Assembly: GCA_027488515.1 (NCBI GenBank)
Contig: JAIYBN010000001.1
Coordinates: 811-64,810, forward strand
Direction of reading: 5' to 3'
Source: Pseudomonadota bacterium
GTDB taxonomy: Bacteria; Bdellovibrionota; UBA1018; CAIMNF01
DNA length: 64,000 bases
Shown: positions 58,952 through 64,000 of the stretch, piece by piece
How positions within the stretch are numbered: position 1 is the first letter of the stretch
Layout: every line of letters begins with the position of its first letter
Notes under the pieces: generated by a model
The model's input: the letters and a program-made list of their open reading frames with translations, nothing else
The model's database searches: none
Told to the model about the DNA's origin: nothing
Program-made: the position numbers and the translations under genes

Positions 58952-59644
58952 TCAGCTGTCGTTTGCGTTCCACGCTTCGAGCTCCCGAACCAGACGCGCC
59001 TCCCAAAGGTGGCGCCAATCGGGCCCCTTGAGATCGGACGGGATCCCCTCCAGGTCCGAGATCCGGGTCATGACCTCTCCTCCGAAGCCGCAGGGAGAGA
59101 AATCCCGGAAAGGCATCAGGTCATTCACCACGTTCATGGCAAGGCCGTGGTAAGTCACCCACTTCCGGACTGCCACACCGACCGATGCGAGCTTCAGCTT
59201 TCCCGACCAAACCCCGCTTCCAGCGGAGTCCCGATGGACCCGGACTCCTTCGCGAGCGAGAGCGCGGATCCACCACTCCTCGAGGAATCGAACATACTTT
59301 TCAACGTCCCGGCCCAAGTGCGCCCCCAACCGACCCGTGCCTCCCAAGGAAAGGATCGGATAGACCACAAGCTGCCCGGGCCCGTGCCAGGTCAAATCCC
59401 CTCCCCGCTCGATCTCCACATAATCCGTTCCGAGGGGGACGAGCGGAGGGGGCATGGCCCGATCTGACCTTTGCGCGGACCACTGGAGCCCGCGCCCCCG
59501 CGTGATCACCGGATGGTGCTCGCAAAAAATGAAGGTGTCGGAGATCTCTCCCCGGATCCTCTTTTCCAGGAGTTCCAACATGAGCGCATGGACCTCGGAG
59601 AACTTCCGCGTTCCTGGAAGGGAAAGGATCTCGAAACCCGTCAT
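58952..59644 (-). CDS. lipB: Lipoyl(octanoyl) transferase.
   Basis: RGG..TWHGPGQLV, K(x)GVAV..TYHGLAMN and catalytic Cys (SPCGF) motifs. Confidence 0.9.
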   Translation of the reverse strand: MTGFEILSLPGTRKFSEVHALMLELLEKRIRGEISDTFIFCEHHPVITRGRGLQWSAQRSDRAMPPPLVPLGTDYVEIERGGDLTWHGPGQLVVYPILSLGGTGRLGAHLGRDVEKYVRFLEEWWIRALAREGVRVHRDSAGSGVWSGKLKLASVGVAVRKWVTYHGLAMNVVNDLMPFRDFSPCGFGGEVMTRISDLEGIPSDLKGPDWRHLWEARLVRELEAWNANDS

Positions 59645-61053
59645 TTCTTCGGTTTGAAAATATGGATCGGGTGACCGAGTGCGACCTCGGCCGCTTCCAT
59701 AATGGTCTCGGGAAGCGTAGGATGGGCATGCACCGTCAGGGCGAGATCTTCGACATGCGCCCCCATCTCGATCGCCAGAGTCGCCTCGGCGATCAAATTG
59801 GAAGCTTCAGCCCCGACAATGTGGCAACCGAGCAAAGTGCCCTTTTTGGCATCACTCACGAGCTTGACCATCCCGTCGGGTTCTCCCACCGAGAGTGCCC
59901 GGCCGTTTGCAGCGAACGGAAACAGTCCGATCTGGACCGTGAGTCCCTTTGATTTGGCCTCGGCTTCGGTCAACCCCACGGTCGCGATCTCAGGATCGGT
60001 GAAGATCACCGCAGGCATCGCGCGCACATCGTAGACCGTTTTCATCCCGCCGATCGCCTCGGCCGCAACCATTCCTTCTTTCGAGCCTTTGTGGGCGAGC
60101 AGCGGTTGCCCGGCCACATCACCGATGGCGAAAATGTTCGGAACCGAAGTCCGACGCTGGGAATCGACAGGAATGAAGCCCTTCGAATCCGCCTTCACCC
60201 CGGCCTTCTCGAGGCCCAAACCTGCGGTGTTGGGGGTGCGACCGATGGTCACCAGCACCCGATCGAACTTCTCTTTCACTTCACCGGCGGAGGAAGAAAA
60301 CACCACCTCGACCGAGTTTTGGAGCTTCTTGACCGACTTCACCGTGGTCGAAGTCTGGACCTTCACTCCACGTTTTTCGAGGCCTTTTTGAACCACTCGG
60401 ACCAAGTCGGGATCGACGATTCCGAGAAGTGCGGGACCCGCTTCCACCACGGTCACTTTGGATCCGACCTTGGCGTAAAAGGTGCCAAGCTCGAGACCGA
60501 TGTATCCGCCACCCACGCAAAGGAGGGTCTCCGGAACTGCTTCCTGAGCGAGCCCCCCGGTGGAATCGAGAACGAGCTTCTGATCCACTTCGAATCCGGG
60601 TATCTCAGCAGGACGCGAACCCGTTGCGATCACGGCTTGCTTGAACCGGACCTTGTCTTCCCCGTCCTGTGTCTTCACGGAGAGTTCGGTGGAGGACACG
60701 AAGCGTGCGTCTCCGGCCAACACGCTGCAACCGTTGGCTTTGAGGAGCTGGGCCACGCCACCGGTGAGCTTTTTGACCACTTCACCCTTCCAGCCCTGGA
60801 GCTGCTTCATGTCGAGCTTGGCCGAATCGGTGCCACTGATCCCCATGGATCCGGCATGACGGATCTTGTCGAAGGTGCTTCCCGCATGAATGAGCGCCTT
60901 GGACGGAATACAGCCCACGTTCAGGCAGACTCCCCCGACCTGGGCACGCTCCACGACGATGACTTTTTTCCCGAGCTGGGCGAGACGGATCGCGCAAACA
61001 TAACCTGCGGGTCCGGCACCGATCACCACCACATCACAATCATGATTTTTCAT
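59641..61053 (-). CDS. lpdA: Dihydrolipoyl dehydrogenase (E3).
   Basis: FAD GAGPAGY and redox-active CLNVGCIPSK. 470 aa. Confidence 0.95.
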   Translation of the reverse strand: MKNHDCDVVVIGAGPAGYVCAIRLAQLGKKVIVVERAQVGGVCLNVGCIPSKALIHAGSTFDKIRHAGSMGISGTDSAKLDMKQLQGWKGEVVKKLTGGVAQLLKANGCSVLAGDARFVSSTELSVKTQDGEDKVRFKQAVIATGSRPAEIPGFEVDQKLVLDSTGGLAQEAVPETLLCVGGGYIGLELGTFYAKVGSKVTVVEAGPALLGIVDPDLVRVVQKGLEKRGVKVQTSTTVKSVKKLQNSVEVVFSSSAGEVKEKFDRVLVTIGRTPNTAGLGLEKAGVKADSKGFIPVDSQRRTSVPNIFAIGDVAGQPLLAHKGSKEGMVAAEAIGGMKTVYDVRAMPAVIFTDPEIATVGLTEAEAKSKGLTVQIGLFPFAANGRALSVGEPDGMVKLVSDAKKGTLLGCHIVGAEASNLIAEATLAIEMGAHVEDLALTVHAHPTLPETIMEAAEVALGHPIHIFKPKK

Positions 61054-61070
61054 TTTCGCCTCCGGCCCGA

Positions 61071-62306
61071 TCAGAGCGTTTCAAGGAGCAGGAGCCCCGG
61101 ATTTTCGATGTATTCAATGAAGGTCTTCATGAACTCGGCCGCTTCGGCGCCGTCGATGATCCGGTGATCCAGGCTCATCGAGAAATAAGTCCAATCCCGG
61201 ATGGCGAGACGCTCGCGTCCGTTCCGGTTCACCACCACCGGCTTGCGGAAGATCTTGTTGAAGCCCAGAATGGCGACTTCCGGATGATTGATCACCGGAG
61301 TCGCAAAGAGTCCTCCGATCGAACCCGCATTGGTCAATGTGATGGTGCTGCCCTGGAAATCTTCCATGGTGAGCTTTTTCTTCCGTGCGCGGTCCACCAC
61401 ATCGGCAATTTCACGGGCGAGCTCGAAGATCGACTTCTGCTCGACATGCTTGATCACCGGAACCGTGAGGCCGTCCTCGGTCTGCACGGAGAGGGAAATG
61501 TTGAAGGTGTGGTGGGTCAGGATTTCCTGTGCGGCTTCATCGACCGTGGAGTTGATCCGGGGATGTTGTTTCAGAGCCGCAACCATCGCCTTCAAGATGA
61601 ACGGAAGATAAGTCAGCTTGATGCCTTTCTTTTCGGCGATCAACTTGGCCTTCGACCTCAGCTTGACGAGTTCGGTTGCATCCGCTTCTTCCACATAGGT
61701 GAAGTGCGCGGCTTTGTCCTTGGATTGGCGCATCTTTTCGGAGATTTTCTTGCGCATCCCGCGGATCGCAGTGCGCTCAACCGATCCGGCGGCAAATGAT
61801 TTGGTCGCCGAAGCCGGTGCCGCACTCAATGATTGCTCCAAATCCGCCAAAAGCACCCGACCGTGAGGACCGGATCCGCGAACGCGGCCGAGATCGATGC
61901 CTTTTTCGCGGGCTGCTTTGCGGGTCGCAGGCGAAGCCAGAACATCACCCGACACCGGAGCTGCTGCAGCCGGAGGGGTGGCGACAGAAGCGGCGGGAGC
62001 CGGACTCGTGGCTTTCGCCGGAGCGGCAGTCGGAGCCGGGGCATGGGCAGCGGCAGGAGCGGCGACCTTCGATCCACTCACTTCAGCGACCACCATCAAC
62101 TGGTGGACTTTGACGATCTCGCCTTCTTTGGCAACCAACTGAACGATCTTTCCCGAGAATGGAGAAGGAATTTCAATCGTGGCCTTGTCGGTCATCACTT
62201 CGCAAAGCGGCTGGTCGTCCCGGACGGATTCGCCCTCCTTGACCCTCCACTTGACCAATTCGCCTTCGTTCACGCCTTCTCCGAGTTCGGGTAGTCTGAA
62301 TTCCAT
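61071..62306 (-). CDS. 2-oxoacid dehydrogenase E2 dihydrolipoamide acyltransferase, with a single lipoyl domain.
   Basis: Lipoyl-Lys motif (VMTDKATIEIPSP), Ala/Pro-rich linker, PSBD, and catalytic DHRxIDG. Confidence 0.9.
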   Translation of the reverse strand: MEFRLPELGEGVNEGELVKWRVKEGESVRDDQPLCEVMTDKATIEIPSPFSGKIVQLVAKEGEIVKVHQLMVVAEVSGSKVAAPAAAHAPAPTAAPAKATSPAPAASVATPPAAAAPVSGDVLASPATRKAAREKGIDLGRVRGSGPHGRVLLADLEQSLSAAPASATKSFAAGSVERTAIRGMRKKISEKMRQSKDKAAHFTYVEEADATELVKLRSKAKLIAEKKGIKLTYLPFILKAMVAALKQHPRINSTVDEAAQEILTHHTFNISLSVQTEDGLTVPVIKHVEQKSIFELAREIADVVDRARKKKLTMEDFQGSTITLTNAGSIGGLFATPVINHPEVAILGFNKIFRKPVVVNRNGRERLAIRDWTYFSMSLDHRIIDGAEAAEFMKTFIEYIENPGLLLLETL

Positions 62307-62332
62307 TTGTCTCTCTCCTTGTGTTTCGGGCC

Positions 62333-63301
62333 TTATTTGTTTTGTCTGATCAAACCTTCGAGGAACAACTCTGCAGCCTTGTAACTCGAGCGCACCATCG
62401 GTCCTGCCGCGACGTAAAGGAAGCCGGCCGCTTGAGCCTGCTTTTCAAGCGTTGCGAACTCTTCGGGCGAATAATAGCGCTCCACCGGCAAGTGACTGAG
62501 GGAAGGCCGCAAATACTGTCCGAGAGTGAGCACATCCACTCCTGCTTCCCGCAAATCGGCAAACGCCTGTTGGATCTCACCGTCTTCTTCGCCGAGTCCG
62601 AGCATGATCGCGCTTTTGGTGTGAAGCGCCTGCCCCCTGGACCGGGCATGGGCCCGGGCGAAACGAAGGGTTTCCAGACTCTGCGCGTATCCGGCCCGCG
62701 GATCGCGGACTCTGTACTGCAAACGGTAAACCGTCTCGATGTTATGGGCGTAAACGTCCAATCCGGACTCGACGATGGTGGCGACATCCGCCTCGTTGCC
62801 ACGGAAATCCGGAACCAGGGCTTCCACGAGAAGCGCCGGGTCGAGTCGCTTCAATTCACGGATCGTGGTCGCAAAATGGGAAGCGCCTCCGTCCGGAAGA
62901 TCGTCACGGTCCACCGAGGTGAGGACCACGTACTTCAACTTCAAGGCCGCGACCGCCTCTGCGATCTTGTAGGGCTCTTCCGGGTCGAGCGGAGGAGGCC
63001 TACGGGCGGTCTTCACGGCGCAAAACCGGCATGCCCGCGTACAGACTTCGGTTCCGAGCATGAAGGTTGCGGTACCACTCGCCCAACACTCGGCGACGTT
63101 CGGACAATGGGCCTCTTCACAAACGGTATGGAGCCCTCGCTCACGAAGGAGGCCCTTGATCTTGGAATAATTCTCACCGGCAGGTGGCCGGATTTTCAGC
63201 CACTCGGGCTTCCGCAACGGAGCAATCTGCCTCGCCTCGGAAGGAAGAAGGGGACGCTCTTGATCAGAACGGGAATCGGCAAGCTTGGACGTCATCAACA
63301 C
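62333..63301 (-). CDS. lipA: Lipoyl synthase.
   Basis: Two Cys clusters (CEEAHCPN; CTRACRFC radical-SAM). 322 aa. Confidence 0.93.
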   Translation of the reverse strand: MLMTSKLADSRSDQERPLLPSEARQIAPLRKPEWLKIRPPAGENYSKIKGLLRERGLHTVCEEAHCPNVAECWASGTATFMLGTEVCTRACRFCAVKTARRPPPLDPEEPYKIAEAVAALKLKYVVLTSVDRDDLPDGGASHFATTIRELKRLDPALLVEALVPDFRGNEADVATIVESGLDVYAHNIETVYRLQYRVRDPRAGYAQSLETLRFARAHARSRGQALHTKSAIMLGLGEEDGEIQQAFADLREAGVDVLTLGQYLRPSLSHLPVERYYSPEEFATLEKQAQAAGFLYVAAGPMVRSSYKAAELFLEGLIRQNK

Positions 63302-63380
63302 TCCGCACCAGAATTTGGGAAATCCCCCTCATCCTAGCGGAAACGCTGTGCGTCACTCAATGAAAAACGAGGCGAAAGGT

Positions 63381-63596
63381 TCACTTACCTTCGCTGGAAT
63401 CACCCGGCTTCTCTACCTTGTCACCGGGAGCCTGAACCACGACCTGGTCAGGATTGTTTCCAGCATCAGGAGCGCACCCCCCCTGGTCCACAGCACAGGT
63501 CTTACAGCAGGTGCTCGACTGGTTTTCAGTCTTCGCAGCCGCCCAAGCCGAATTTGTACCAACCAGAAGGAAGCCCAGAACCAGAATTGCTTTCAT
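63381..63596 (-). CDS. Small secreted 4-Cys protein of 71 aa.
   Basis: Signal peptide MKAILVLGFLLVGTNSAWA. The mature region has a CCKTC...GGC motif. A purine-rich, Shine-Dalgarno-like stretch lies upstream. Confidence 0.5.
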   Translation of the reverse strand: MKAILVLGFLLVGTNSAWAAAKTENQSSTCCKTCAVDQGGCAPDAGNNPDQVVVQAPGDKVEKPGDSSEGK

Positions 63597-63668
63597 CCTT
63601 ACCTTACCTCTCTCAATCAGTTTAACCAGTCGTCCGCGCGACGGTCAATATTAAACAAGATCAATTGA

Positions 63669-64000
63669 TCAAATGGACATCGTCACGCCGGCCGGTGCGG
63701 TGATGTCGATCAGACTCTGCAGGGCCCTCATCACCTCCACAGACACGCTCGCGCCACCGTTGCTGTCCACCTTGTCGACTTCTCCACTGTTTTTGTAGGT
63801 GAACTTCACGGTACCCAGCTTGGCATCCCGGATCTCGACCGGTTTGGACAGCTCGTTGTACTTGAAAGTGAGCTGACGACCGGCTTGATCGACCAGTGCG
63901 CTGATCCTGCCCTGGGAGTCGTAGATCAACTTCACCAGCTTCTTGTCACTGTTACGGGCAACCAGGAGGTTCCCGGTGGCCTTGTCGTATTCGAACTCGC
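63669..64000 (-). CDS. Partial CDS: the C-terminal end of a YD-repeat (RHS/teneurin-like) protein, whose N-terminus lies beyond the window end.
   Basis: Reverse-strand frame is open to the window edge, with YD repeats (EFEYDKATGNLL; KLIYDSQGRISALVDQAGRQLTFKYNE). Confidence 0.5.
   Translation of the reverse strand, partial: EFEYDKATGNLLVARNSDKKLVKLIYDSQGRISALVDQAGRQLTFKYNELSKPVEIRDAKLGTVKFTYKNSGEVDKVDSNGGASVSVEVMRALQSLIDITAPAGVTMSI

Noticed and set aside
60091-61167. 358-aa + ORF; also 62321..63337 + ORF (338 aa).
   Set aside because: Antisense to lpdA and lipA respectively, both of which are unmistakable.
1-64000. Scanned for tRNA/tmRNA T-loop motifs (GGTTCGAATCC-like), rRNA, and CRISPR direct repeats.
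   Set aside because: Coding density leaves almost no room. The few GTTCGAA-like hits are inside ORFs without acceptor-stem complementarity, and no regularly spaced short direct repeats were seen.

Overview
This is a densely coding 64 kb stretch of a Gram-negative chromosome, roughly 55-60% GC by eye. Gene content suggests a deltaproteobacterial or Bdellovibrionota-like organism, but that is inference only. From left to right the window holds: a partial secreted Cys-rich protein; the heat-shock module hemW-grpE-dnaK-dnaJ; a MotA/MotB stator pair with coiled-coil, secreted beta-rich and LysM lipoprotein genes nearby; a ~16 kb operon of three giant lipoproteins (1959, 1090 and 2302 aa); an IS1595/IS1-like insertion sequence; an envelope operon of a TPR/PEGA lipoprotein, a FliG-C-like membrane protein and a small OM barrel; an LpoA-like lipoprotein with a GT22-type mannosyltransferase homologue; nadK-recN; a diheme cytochrome c; transporters; dprA; an atypical NtrC-like two-component system; a ParA/MinD ATPase with a J-like/RodZ-HTH protein; rluD; lon; two CNNM/CorC paralogues; a CheY-like receiver; two tandem small secreted peptides; a lipB-lpd-E2-lipA cluster; another small Cys-rich secreted protein; and the C-terminus of a YD-repeat protein. 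I found no tRNA, rRNA or CRISPR. The most unusual content is the giant lipoprotein operon with apparently undescribed repeat architectures, and the FliG-like envelope operon near the MotAB genes.
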